Source of the DNA: Ophelia neglecta
Lineage: Eukaryota
Length of the DNA stretch: 64,000 nucleotides
NCBI GenBank assembly: GCA_965285935.1
Contig: OZ260663.1
Location: forward strand, 27,528,001 to 27,592,000
Direction: 5' to 3'
Shown: piece by piece, positions 1 through 12,688 of the stretch
How the letters are laid out: every line of letters begins with the position of its first letter
Position numbering within the stretch: the stretch's first letter is position 1
Notes under the pieces: generated by a model
Database searches by the model: none
Seen by the model: the letters and a program-made list of their open reading frames with translations, nothing else
What the model was told of the DNA's origin: nothing
Position numbers and translations under genes: made by a program

Positions 1-2001
1 TGGGCCAAAAACTCCCCGATCTGGGCTACCAACTCTCCCCGAACTCCTTGATGTTGTAGCTTTTGAGATTTTCTAGGCGATATTTGAGTGCTATGATAAT
101 ATAAACCAATGGTGTGTCTTGGTTTTAATGACTTTATGTGTTTGAACATAATTGTAGGAAGTTGGGATGAAGGTGTGGGTCCACGTGTTGGTAGGTGATG
201 TGGTGGGGCTGGAGGATATGGGTGGGACGCTGTATATAGGTGCTGTTCGGGTAATCACCCTCTTGCCACCCCTCTCATTTGGAAAGCATACGAGGATGGT
301 AAGCGAGGGGATGACTGTTCCTGCCAACATCATTCCAACATCATTCAAACCGGCCATGTCCGCTTCTGTAAAATTAAAAAAGTCTATACTTACGTACAAA
401 CTAGATCTCCACAGCAGTCTGGTGTCAGAGAGCGACTCATATATAGACACCCGTCTATAACCAGGAATTACCCCATACTACCTGTACCCATCGAATGCTG
501 AAATAAGTAAATTCCATGCTGCGCACCTGAAATCTTGACCTACTTTGCCTCATCTGCAGTTAAAGAGAACGTTTTACATCCAACCTGTCTTAGTTGCATG
601 AGCCCGAGAACGGTGGAAGAATAGCCTATATGGATTGGTCTGATTTGCTAAGAGGGAGAAGATTGTATACTTTATAAATACTTTGTTGGCTCTGCTGGCT
701 GCCCATGCAGGAAGTAGTTAATTTTATTCGTACACGGCCAGAACAAAGTGTGACTATAGCTGTCGGCCCCAAGCCAATATGCGTGACTTCAAGATCCGGT
801 CTGACTTGTAACCCATTTTGAGCTCAAGTAATTTCCTCCCACTTCGGCCAGCGTCCGCCGCTACGCCCCGGGCCACGTTGCTTGACAAGGGGCTTTTGGT
901 TTTAATATGGAGAGTGCCAATATGGCTTTTCTTACAAAACTGTCTGCCGTACCGCGCAAATAGATTAGTAAAACACATTATGTTGAATGGAATCCAGGAA
1001 ACAGGATACTGCATCAAGCTTTTATAGGCTTTTACCGGCGGTCCTAGCCGAGAGAGCTCTTGGCTTGTGGATGCAAGAAGGACCGCGCCCATATAATTGC
1101 AGAACTAGGGTGTCGACCGGCAACAATTCTCGTCTGCTTCGAAGAGTAACAGTGACGATGTGTCAAACATCCGCCAGGGTGGCGGGTCAGCCAGAAAGGT
1201 GGGTATATAAAGGCGTAATCCAGTTAGTGGGGAGCCGTGTGAGGCTGCCTTTCATCTGAGCACCCGTTTTTCCTCTTTTGCAGACCTGAAGCATAGCCTG
1301 GGTCATTTTCAAAATGTCTGAGGTTAGAAACAGTAAGATCCGCACATGCTAAGAATACAATTTTGTTATCATATGCACACCACGTATAGTGGCCCTGTCT
1401 GTTTTTGCACCAACATTCCATATTTGGAGCTTTTTAAAATCTTAATTAAAGAGAAAACCATTGGTAATAAGGATAAACTCTGCATTTAGGGGACATGTAG
1501 GCTTTTATTATATACAAGAAAAATTAAGCTAATTGCAGGACCATTTAAAAAAAGTGGGGCTGTTTGTGTGTGGGCGTGGTGTGTGTATGTGTGTGTGAGG
1601 TGTGAGGGTTCGTATAGGTATATCATATTTCCTCAAGCTGTGCCCGTATATTTAAGCCATAGGCATATCTATGATTTTTAGAATCTAACTTTGTTAACGG
1701 GGATTTAACCTTTTAATGGACATGGCCCCGTATAAAGAGCACATATTTGTTGCTAAGATGCCACCTTAAAAGCGTTTTGTCAAGCATCGAGAAGTTGCCG
1801 GGGATGGCTGACTCCTCCGGAAATGATTTTCCGCGTGGCTATTCAAGTAACGCGAGAAACTGCGACAAGTCCCGCTCAGAACAGGGTGTAATTGAGATGG
1901 AAAAATCAAACTTCCTATCCGTTTCATCCCGTTTCAGTAAGTGCCCAGATATGATTATTGCTCTGACATATTGCTTGTTCTTTAGGGTGACGAGCCGCCA
2001 G

Positions 2002-2070
2002 GAAAACTGAAAGGGGTGATTGTGTGATCATCTTAGAAAACTGAAAGGGGTGATTGTGTGATCATCTTAG
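2002..2070. repeat. Perfect tandem duplication, 34-bp unit x2
   Basis: GAAAACTGAAAGGGGTGATTGTGTGATCATCTTA starts at 2002 and again at 2036. Confidence 0.95.
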
Positions 2071-2538
2071 ACGTGTAAAGAAGTTGGAGGGCAACACTCA
2101 AATTAAGAGGCTGTCCTTCTTAAAAGAAAATGTATATTTCTATCTATTCGGATACAAATATCTATGCCCGATCCAGTTCGAAATACTGTACTAGGATAAA
2201 CCTATGGTATTAAAAGTATAGACCTACAATGATTCATCATTTAATAATCATTTCTGTTAATTAGAAGTTATGTTATGAATTACACAAAAACGCATATGGT
2301 GCTCCAACTATATATATATGTATATATATATCCCGGGAACTGAGACTTGCGCTGATATACCCCTTAGAGCTAGGCTTGTTTTTGAAGAAGGATGCGTCAC
2401 ATTTTGACATGGTTTTTAATCTATAGACACTTTCTGCTCTTTTTTTCTGGCCAGTCATTTTGGTGCAAAGTCGTGAAATCGATCCAACCTGAGGTAAATC
2501 TCTCTGCCCTGCTACCTTCACTAAGTTTCTAATAAACC

Positions 2539-2642
2539 CAGGGGCGGATCCAAAAATTTCCAGGGCAGGGGGCCACTCCACGAGGAGGAATTGAAAGGCC
2601 CCCAGCCCCCCCCTCCCCCCCCTCCCCCTGGATCCACCCCTG
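2539..2642. mobile_element. Short MITE with 14-bp TIRs and a 5-bp target site duplication (AAACC)
   Basis: Left end CAGGGGCGGATCCA, right end TGGATCCACCCCTG (13/14 inverted match). AAACC lies at 2534-2538 and again at 2643-2647. Internal poly-C. Confidence 0.8.
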
Positions 2643-3199
2643 AAACCAGTGTATAAGTATACTTTTTATAAATCAGGAGTTTTTCATTTGAAAGCAATCA
2701 TGAATTTTATTCCTGCAAGAGTTTGTTTTAAATCAGCGACAGTGGTGGATGTTAGTAAATCTCCTTGTGACTGATGTAGACGTTTATCCTGTTCATGCCA
2801 TTGTTTGGTCAGGTAGCGCACCTTCGGAAATCCCGAGGGCGATATTAAGCATGCATACTTTGGTAATGCGCTAAATAGCCCGGGAATGTGATTTTAAGAG
2901 AGAGGAGATGGCATTTTCTTCGGGTTTTGTGTCGCTTCTTATCCTGGCCGTGTACTTAGCCAAATGGAGTGACGGACATAATCCCTTCTCTTCCTCTATC
3001 GACTCCATACACCTAATTCCGGTTTGGGGCAAACTCCCCGATTGGAGGGTTAATCATATGTGTGCTGGCTAACAGGTCTGCCGTCGTTTGTGTCTCATTA
3101 ACCACAAGAAAATCAATACAATGTAAAGGTATCAGAAAGGATTTCCTGCCAAAGCAAGATGCCCGCAGGTCTGTCAGACTTAGCTCTGCATCTTGGTTT

Positions 3200-5401
3200 C
3201 TGCGGTCCTGCTCTCAACTCTCGTTGCTATGGGACGTGCCTAGGAACCGTGCGCACGCACACCCCAGCGTCTCAGTCGCGATGAAAGCCGACATCTTCAG
3301 TTTGGTAAAGACAAGAAAGGGGTCTTTTAGCGGCCAAGGCTGCTTGTCGTTCCGTCTTTGAGCAGGTTTCTTATCGAGGGGCTTGGTGCGACGTCGCGCA
3401 CCCCTCGCGGCTGTGTAAATCGTAACGAGACAGAAATCCGATCAGATCGTCTAAATCCCGTCTGACATCACTCGCGTGGCCGTGAATCTACCGGGAATGT
3501 ATCACGTGGTCTGTTATCCCGACGGGAGCAGTACAAATCGCTCTTTTACCGCAAAATTATTGCTGTGATTAATACTCCTTTCATAAGGCGTCATCGGTTT
3601 GACGCTAAAGTCTTGTCCTAACCCACACTCACGGCGTGGGCGCCTCGAAGTGAAAACAACAGTCTGAACAGTCTTCAGCAAGCGTCTTACCCTAACCGAA
3701 AAGACAAGGGTGATGACTGTAAAACAGCCTATTTAGATAAAAAAAAAACTCTATTTATAATGACCGACCCTAATGTAATTAGATCAAGGTGTCTGTGGAT
3801 TTGGTGACACACTAATTGGGTGATTGACACTGAATCATAATTGTATCCCGGGCCTAAATTTTACTCGTAATTGGAGCCAAAGAATGGGTACACTTGTAGA
3901 TCGGCGACTCGGGTTTCACGTGGCTCAGGTGAGCTGCAGCTTGTGGCACTCACTGCGTGACCCAATAAGCCACCCGCCAGTAGGGGCCCAGGGCGCCAGC
4001 CACGGCCTGTAGCCAAGGCAAAATAAGGACGGGGTCGCTCTCCGCAAGGTTCTGTACGGTAGACGAGGCGGGAAGACCCTCAAATCATTCCTTTTAATCG
4101 ATCTGCCATCGGCGGCAGAGCTGTGGCTTCCGTCTCAATGCCTGTTTGCCATTGTCGGGCCTATCGGCAGTAAGCGGTGCGGAAGGGCCCGGCCGAGAGT
4201 ATAAAGCATCACCACCCGTCTGCTCCCTTTTGCTCTCCCATTATTTCCGTTGGACGATCAGGTTCAGGAGAGCAGCAGCGTCGAACTGCCGCTGTTGAGC
4301 ATGCCTTTGACACATAAAAAGTCTAGAACAGCTTAGGGAACAAATGGCGGTATTTGGGCACTCAATCACCCGGCATTACAAGCCGTGGCGCTCCCTCCTT
4401 TGTAAGCAGGCCGGGCGCCATTCCGAAACGGGACGTGTGCACATTAGGAACCGGTCGGCGTGAGGGAGATAACCTAGAGCGGCCTGTGGCAGACGATAAC
4501 TAGCCGACTGACCTCCCGCGCCATCCGGCAGCTTACAGCACATCTCAGTGACGAGCAGTCCGTCCGCCACAGACATCTAACTATACAAACACCACTACAG
4601 GACAACTCCCAGCGGCCACCGCTATTGTCGCCAACTAATTAGTCATTAGTAGCTGGCACATCGCGGCCCGCCAGCGAACAATTGTGTCCGGATCCCTCGG
4701 TTGCCGAGTGACAATGGCCTCGCCTCCCCGGCATCATTTACACCTATAGGCCGTGTGTGTCATAGCGGGCCCAGTGCGCCGGTGTCTTCTGTGAGCGAGC
4801 ATTGGCCAACTTGGCGGAATCTTCACCGAGTAAGGCACACCTGTTCGGAGAGTGAGCGGCTCCAGCTACCGGTGTTAGGCCGATCGCACTCACATCTCGT
4901 GTCTGGCTCTCGCCGTCTGGATGCTCTCTCAGCATCTCTCTCACGGAGTCAGGTAAACTACCAGTGAGTGTCAGAGGACGCAGGTCGGACTGTACACACC
5001 TCGGATTCTCTCCCGTCTCATTGCCAACAATTAGCGCTAGTGGGTGAGGTACATTGTCGACAGCTGCAGGCTGAGGATAGACAGCGCTGGCGTGATTTAA
5101 TTGTGATTTGCCACCGGCAGAGCACGGGGCATACACCAGGGATAAGTGGACAGCCGGACTGAAAGCACGGGCCATTCGGCGGTTAGTAATAAACACAGGT
5201 GAAAGTTCAGGACAGGCTACATCCAACTCTCGTCCGGTCACAACACTCGAAACATACACACAGTTAGTCACTACACAGGAGTAGCGAGGAATTAGCTCGC
5301 CCAGTCTATGATTTGTGGACCAACTCACAGCTGATCACTGCACAACAAATATAGATCGGACATCCGACAGCGAATTGTGATTGATTGACATTCTATCTGG
5401 G
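3200..5401 (+). promoter_or_regulatory. CpG-rich promoter / 5' leader region of NOL4, with a candidate TATA box (TATAAA at 4200-4205)
   Basis: GC- and CpG-rich stretch immediately upstream of the start codon, with TATAAAG at 4200, CCAAT near 3963 and CACGTG E-boxes near 3503 and 3917. The TSS cannot be determined from sequence. Confidence 0.45.
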
Positions 5402-5761
5402 ATGGCGGACAGTAGCTCGCAGGTTGCGATGGAGGTGGATGGTTTTTTTAGCGGGGGAGGATCGGGACTGTCGAGGGATCCACTCACCGGCAGGCCCCGC
5501 TGCAGTAACGAACGGGACGAAATGTACGAAATATTCCAATCGTGGGCTTTACAGAACTACGGGGACTCTGGCAAAACTAAGACCGTTACCAGGCGAAAAT
5601 ACAGTCGAATTGTTCAGATACTGAGCGGAGAGGAACCGGCCACTTCGGACAACTCTAAATTTCGATTTTGGGTTAAAGCTAAGGGATTTCGTCTGGGAGC
5701 CACATCACACGGAGAGGGGACAGGGGCCGAGCAAGTACTGTACATACCAACCAAGTCCTCG
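5402..5761 (+). CDS. NOL4: NOL4/NOL4L-family protein, coding exon 1 (120 codons, phase-0 donor)
   Basis: ATG in a strong context (gggATGG), with an in-frame TGA upstream at 5378-5380. Translation contains ERDEMYEIFQSWALQNYGDSGKTKTVTRRKYSRIVQILSGEE..DNSKFRFWVKAKGFRLG..QVLYIP, recognisably the NOL4 N-terminus (vertebrate ERDMYRQFQDWCLRTYGDSGKTKTVTRKKYERIVQLLNG..FKFWVKSKGFQLG..QVLYVP). Ends at the donor TCG|GTGAGT. Confidence 0.95.
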
Positions 5762-8700
5762 GTGAGTGTCGACTGTTTTATATCACTGTTAATCTTTAGT
5801 CTCTGTTGGATTGGGGAGAGTAGATTTAATATTTATTAAGAGAGAGCCGGGCAGACAGTCAGGATAGAGAGGTTTAGTACTTGTACTTAGAGGGAGAGTG
5901 CTGTGGACAAAGAGGCATTTGATGGGATGTGATGGTTAGATAGCTGTAAATGTATCTGATGTAGGGATGTCTGTGAGCGCGTGCGGGCTCGGGGAGCGCC
6001 TGCGGGGGACGCTCGGCTTTAAGACACACACAGGTATAGCAGGCCATTCGTCTTGGTAATGGCCGCGGGATCACCGTAATGCTAGTCGGGGTGTCGGTTT
6101 CGGGGCGGCCCCTCAGCTGTTCGTGTCGTCTATACAAATCCACGCTATTGCCTATTCAAGGACAAAGAGTGGTGGCCCTTTATGACCCGCAGCTTATAGT
6201 CGTGCTGCTCAGCCCGTGATGAGAACTGATGTAATCCATAGTCCTTCCCAAATCCCGGCCCACTAACCCCAGCTCGGCTGTCAGAGATAATAGTGTAGGG
6301 TCCCATTGAGTTGGACATGAATCTTATGCACTACGGCGACTCAGTACTTGCAGTGGTCCATGTCATATTGTGGTAATGTTAGGTTATGTATGTTAGCGCC
6401 GAGCCGGTCCCAGGGAGGAAGGCCGTGCCCCGGCACGCTGGCCGGCAGGGGAGGAGAGAGACTGAGAGATGGATGACGGTAAGGGAGAAGGATGGCTATA
6501 GCCTCCTCAGTTGGCGGGCTCCGCCCCGGAGGCAGACAAATACCTTCCCGACAGCTTGACGATCAATACCAAGCCAGCTCCGGTCCCATATCAAAATCAC
6601 ATTTATTAGATATTTCAGGGTAAAGCCGAGCCTAATTCTTCTTTGGCAAGGCCCCGCGCTCGGATGGTGATCAGCCCAGTATCCCAAATGGATTCCCCAA
6701 GTGTGTTTACTCAGCTTTCAAAGATTGCTGCCCGCCACAGAAGAATCACATTATTAGCCTGAGCACGTAGCCAAGTTTTTAGTTTGTGCGTTTCAGTTCT
6801 TTCTTGCGCTTTAATGAGCGGCCTTCAGTTGGCTGCGGGGCCCCTTATTCTACTAGATTGGTTTGTAGAAGGTAGGGCGGAGAGTTGGCAGTCACGTCCC
6901 TGGCTGGAGGGGTCTTTCGGCCACCACATTGTTACCGCTTGCCCGAGTCCCGAGACTGAAGCGTGCTGTTTTCAAGGCAACCGCCACTAGCAAAAATCCG
7001 ACAAACAAGCAAGAACCTCCTCTAATGATCAGTTGGATGTAGGCAGCGGGCACGGGCCAGTTAGCCCTGCCTCCTACAGAACAGCTCGTCTGCTACGAAC
7101 CACTCGACCAGGCTTTAACACCGTCTTAAATACCAGCCAAAATCATTAATAATCACTGGCCGTGCAGGAAATCACTTACCAACTTGCCTTTTGCCCTATA
7201 TAGAGCATTTTGGCCTATTTTCGCTCATCGGAAAAACAAACGATGATACAATAGGCCTGAATGTAAGGCAACACTTGTAATATCCACAAAATGCAATTAA
7301 ATGAATCCCTTGTTCTGCGAAAATGATTAAAATAGGCCCAAGACGATTTGATCGAGATGTATACATACGCGCCAGATACGGTGAATGTGGCTTTGCAGTG
7401 TATACTGGGGTTCGGATTGCTTCTGGCATTATCTCAATGATCACGTGAGGTCCTGCTGCTGCTTCCCGAAGCCAAATAATGGAGTAGAACAAATTGCAGT
7501 CTTTTTCTGGTTCAGGTAGGCCTACACGACTCGTGTTACCTGTCTTTATAGTGAAACCCGAGTGTGCGTCATAACCGGAGGAGGACGGGAATACATCCCA
7601 CCCCCCGCTGGCTTGCGGATCTAAGGCCGGGAGGGGGGGGGGGGGGTGGGGGGTTGGGGTGGAGGGGGGGTTGGGTGGTGAGGGCTAGGACCATTTTATT
7701 CCACGCAGTATGCCCCCGAAGACATTCGGCCAGTATAAGGTGTGTAATGGCTGCCTCGTACAGGAGAGGGGGGGGGGGGGGTCCAGGGTCTTAGCGGTCA
7801 GACCCTCTTCTGGGGGAAGGCAACAGTCCCACATTCTCACCCTGACAACTCAGCCCCCCTCCCCCCCCCCCCTCCCGTCACCCCTCAGTTTGTAAAGCCT
7901 AGTTCCGAGTATTGTGGACTGCAACAACCTTCTGTATTTGTCGTTTGGTGTCATCACAGCCTCTTAAGGCTTACAGCCTAGTCAGGCAATGATTGTTGTT
8001 GGCCCGTAGCTAAATCTAATACAGTATAATTGAGACTCAGTTAGGTCATATGTAATCTCCAGCTTGAATGTAAGGTGTATAGTTCAATCTGTAATTTGGT
8101 GTCTTTTGTTAGAAGCATACTGTTGTTTATAAGTGTGGCTTGCTCTGATGACACATTGTATGGTGGCAGCATGCCGGGATGATTATGATGTCATCATCTT
8201 GATGAGAACACATTTGTTGAACACAAATTCATATAAGAAACATCTCATATTAATAGTGGTATGATTTCTGCTATAAATTGAAAACTCCCTAGTTTATGGA
8301 TTTGGGACAATGTGCATATATAAGGTAGTAAACTAGTAATGCTATAGTCCGAGCTTCTATAGATGTCGGTGTATATATAGTTATAGTTTCATTTGTTATC
8401 AAATGTTATGTATATTATTATATTTATTTATGTTATTTTTTCTCAATATTCTAACTATTATAGTTGATTGGGCTTATATTGATTTTAATTACACAGTTAT
8501 CCTGGGGTAGCTGTATTTGTACGTCGATCTGAATGAGGCCAGTCGGAGATATTGCACACTGCATGCTAAGCAACAGACAGATTTCTCCCTTTGAAGCCCG
8601 ATTCCAATGTAAGAGTCCACAAGATCTTGGTGGGGCCACGTTAAGCTGTGCATGTGCATTTTGCATTGAGAATTATGTTGATTATGTCAAACTGGCCTTT

Positions 8701-11700
8701 CCTCCCGAACCTTTAAAGTGAGCGGAACAAAATTAAGGGATGGTTAATGTACAGAAATGTCTTTTCTAATCTGTAATTTATATTTTTATCTGTTGTATAC
8801 ATGCCTTACAATGGGCATACAGTCGCTGCAAAATAACTAGGTTGACCCGGGGGGGGGGGGGGATTAATCCGGATGTGTGTGTGTGGGGGGGGGGGGGGAT
8901 TTGCAACCAGTCAGCGACGAGGAATTCATGACGTTACGTACAAGGAATGAAAGTAGCCACACAATAATCAGCCTCTTTTGTTGCTGATAATTCAAATGTA
9001 ATTATAATATCTGCGATTCATATAATTAAGCTTGCTATGCAATCGAACAAAACAGTTAATTTTCATTGTTTCTTGGTTAACTATTCAATATATCGGCGAT
9101 AGCCTATTGTAGCCCCGCCTTCTAGTTTAATTTACATTTGACAGGCAGGTGCAAAAGATCAAAACATAAGTGTTGATAAAGCTAATTTCTTTGGGCCTGT
9201 GTTGATAGCTACATAATCTGAGAGTTCCATGTTCCCACTTAGGATTGCTGTCCGGGCCCCTGGGTTCCCCGGGCCCCCGCAGGTATATAAAAATCGTCAT
9301 AAATGTCCCTAAACTATAGCCACTTTCGGACACGATAACAAAGTCCACGAGGCCATACTTAGCACTGATTCAGCCTGACAAACCCCCACATAGAATAAAG
9401 TTTTTGAGAAAATTGAACAAAATACAGTAGAATTATGGACGAAGAGCTTTGAGAATGAAATGAAATAAGCGAACAGTTCATTTTCTGTCAATCTGTCTGA
9501 CAGTGATGAATAAGTAAACAATCATAAAGATTTGAAACCCATTGGTGAAACTCGTCCGTTCTCATAAACAACTGTTGGCAATCACATCTGAATGCAAGAA
9601 TGTACTGAATTTTCAATATTTCATACTGGCCTGGGCATATGAAATATACGTACCATTGGCCTGAACGTATAATTTTCTTTTAGTTCAGTGCATAATAATG
9701 ATATTAAAAACATGCTTGTTGTTTCCGGTTGCCGTGGTTAATATGATCCGATCGTTTTGGTTTGATTAACGACACATAAGAACGATATGCACGTCGCTCG
9801 TTCTGCAGACGAACAAGTTTCCCGGTAAAAGTATAATACAAACGCCGATGACAGGTGTCTTGGCGGGAACAATCCGACCAGCATACGGGAGTGAGAAGTG
9901 GGAATCGCCTGTTTTGTCACCGTCGTCAGTTTCGGCGCTTTAGCATAATAACGACGTGCAAAGTGAGTGATATGTCTGACTCAAAATACATATATCAAGG
10001 CGCGAAATGAATATCTCACCTGCGCTGGATAGTCTACCACGTGATAGGCTAGTGTGAAACACTTTGCATTTGTACAAGTCAGATCTGGTATGCCGCCGTC
10101 GTTCATGGAATTGGATTCTATGCCGGCCTAAACGTTGTGGGAGTTCCCTGGCTGGAAGTCCCCCCCCCCCCTCCCCCGGACTACTTATACTAACCCTCAC
10201 TCCCAACACAGGTGTCCCAGGTCTTGTAACAGTTGTATTTTAAGTTCGATGGTCTAGAAACCCTGGTATATCAGGGCTCCGGTTCATTAGGTCCCCGGGT
10301 CCCCAGACACAGGTTTATTATGTCCTCGGGACTTGCTATCCTAGGATTTTGAGATGGAGGGATCTTTCAGCGAGGAAACTTAATAAATGTACACTTACGT
10401 AAACTCATACCACTCGTGTTAAGAATCTGAGCGCTGAGAGATTACACCTACACACCGAGCTGTGTTTCTTTATTTATGAGACCAGACGACATTTTGACAA
10501 TCTATATATGATTGTGACCGACAATCCAGATTATGTTGATTGAACTTGGTGCTGGTGTAGTTAAGCTCATGAGTCAGTACTCGGACTTGAGTTGGTCTTA
10601 TTCATGTAGCTTTGATTGACGGACCGCCCAGTGTGGGGGTTTGATTCAGGTGTACACACCTGGGCTATGTCATCTCTCAGGTGCGCATCCTGACATGGCG
10701 GACAAGAGGCGGCCACCGCCTCTCACGTGGACAGAAGATTGGGAGGGGCAGCGAACACATGGGACACGCCACCAGACGACAATTACATCCGTTCTCTGTG
10801 GTCCTGCCCATATTCACTAATGTGATCTAATAGATGACGGATTTCGTGCTTCATGACTCGACCCAGCCCTTTGATGTAGACCCTCCACTCCATGGGGTCC
10901 TCTCTTTGGCCAGTGTCACGGGTCAACAAAGAGGGCAACGCATGGTAGAGTGGGTCCACTTCAAGGGACTTAGAAGCCACAACCTCCTCTAGATAACAAG
11001 GTGAAAACAGTGACGTAGGAAGCTCCATCGAGGATGGTTCTACACTGAGCCGGTAATGATGGTTCTTGGGCTGTGTGGCACGGCGCCGTACAAAGGCCTG
11101 CAGTCGTCACCAGAGCAGGCGAGGGCCTCCAGCCATGGGCGTTTTCTCTCTCTAATCAGGGTGCTCGCCATCCTCGGCCACAACTCCATCTTCTCTAATC
11201 ATTAGTTAAAATAGAGCCCTATCGATTTCCTCGCCCACCCCTTTACGCACCAAAGACTCTCTTCCAAATATAATGTGCGATGCGCATTAGGAGAAATCGC
11301 GATAAATCTATGCTCGCCGTTCGAGTTTCGAGGTGGTTGGACAGGTACATTATTTTGACATGGGATACTCAATATGCTATGCAGGTGTGCTTTTCTAGAC
11401 CCAATCACTGAAGATGTATCGATTTTCTAGATTTCAAAGAGCCTCGCTTCATGAAAGAGGGCCAGGTTAGGTGTGCTCGGGGGGCAGGTAGCTCCACGCT
11501 CGGTCCTCGTGTCTCAAAGGACCGCGGAAGGCCACAGCTCGGGATTCAAAACAAGCTCAATGAATTCATCATACCAACGGCTACGACGATGGTTCAATGG
11601 CTTAAGTAATCCACGAATACATTATTAATATGACATATATTGGCCTAGGATTCGTTCAAAAAACGAGTTCAAAACGATGGCATTGCATAAACGGGGAGAA

Positions 11701-12496
11701 GTTAATAAAATTAAAGAATAAATCTATATATTAATTATATCTATATATTAATTTGTTTCATGGACTTTTTTCCTGATCTTTGATAGTGCCGTTACTTTTT
11801 TATTGTAGAAAGCTCCGAAGAGACATAAAATGCTTGTTTTTGTAGTTGTAATTGAAACAAATCACAATGACTGGCATCATTATAATGTTACTGGCAGCTC
11901 TGTCTATCGTTGAGTATGTTCTATAAACACCAATGTTTGGTCGTTTTCGTTTGGCCCATGCGTATTTTACACATAAATGTACACAAACTTTGACTAGGCC
12001 TACTTAGGGTGTTAACTGACAGATGGGAAGTGTCTCTTCAGCTAGAGAAAGTTAGCTAGACAATTTAGAGCTGTCATATACATATTGGAGGCTGTCAAAA
12101 GTCCCAGGACAGCTGATGGAACTAAGATGGCCACTCGGTCTTGTGGCAAATGGAAGACTCGCAGTGGATACCGGATCATCCATCGAGCTCAACACAGAAA
12201 TGTCCCAGATTCATTACATAAAGGGGACTTTCAACTGGTTATCTTTCTCAGAGCATTTGATAACGAGCAGGTAAAAGGTATTGAGCACAAGTCGGTTGTT
12301 TATGTCCTCCACGGTTAAATGGCTGCTTATTTATGTGAATATCGATGTCAAACTGGAGTATCATTGCTAGTACAAGTGGGAGAAATCCACTAAATTACCG
12401 TGCATGGTCAAGCCTAGGATTTTTCCTCTTAACGTGAAGTGGCACATTGCACCCTTATGCGGCCAACAAGAACCGAGACACATGCTAAAGCATATA

Positions 12497-12688
12497 CAGA
12501 GAAACCTGCCTTAAAGGCAAACTTTATAATCAGACCACCTGTCAAAACAGACCAATAATGTAAAAAACATGTACCCAATTGGTCTGTTTTTCTACGTAAA
12601 ACAACCTGTCTAAACGGACCACCTCGAAAATGAAACCAACATTTTTTCAGTCCCATGTGGTCTGACTCTCAATTCGCAGGTTTCACCG
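12497..12688 (+). mobile_element. Tc1/mariner-type MITE family A, copy 1 (TA TSD)
   Basis: TA|CAGAGAAACCTG ... CAGGTTTCACCG|TA, with internal GACCACCT repeats. Similar copies at 31816 and 55020. Confidence 0.8.

Noticed and set aside
4744-5328. 194-aa minus-strand ORF antisense to the NOL4 leader
   Set aside because: Non-ATG start, no recognisable domain, and expected in GC-rich promoter DNA.
7495-7525. Possible recursive splice site (tctttttctggttcag|gtaggc)
   Set aside because: The regenerated donor is weak and overlaps the ubiquitous TAGGCCTA motif, so chance juxtaposition is likely.
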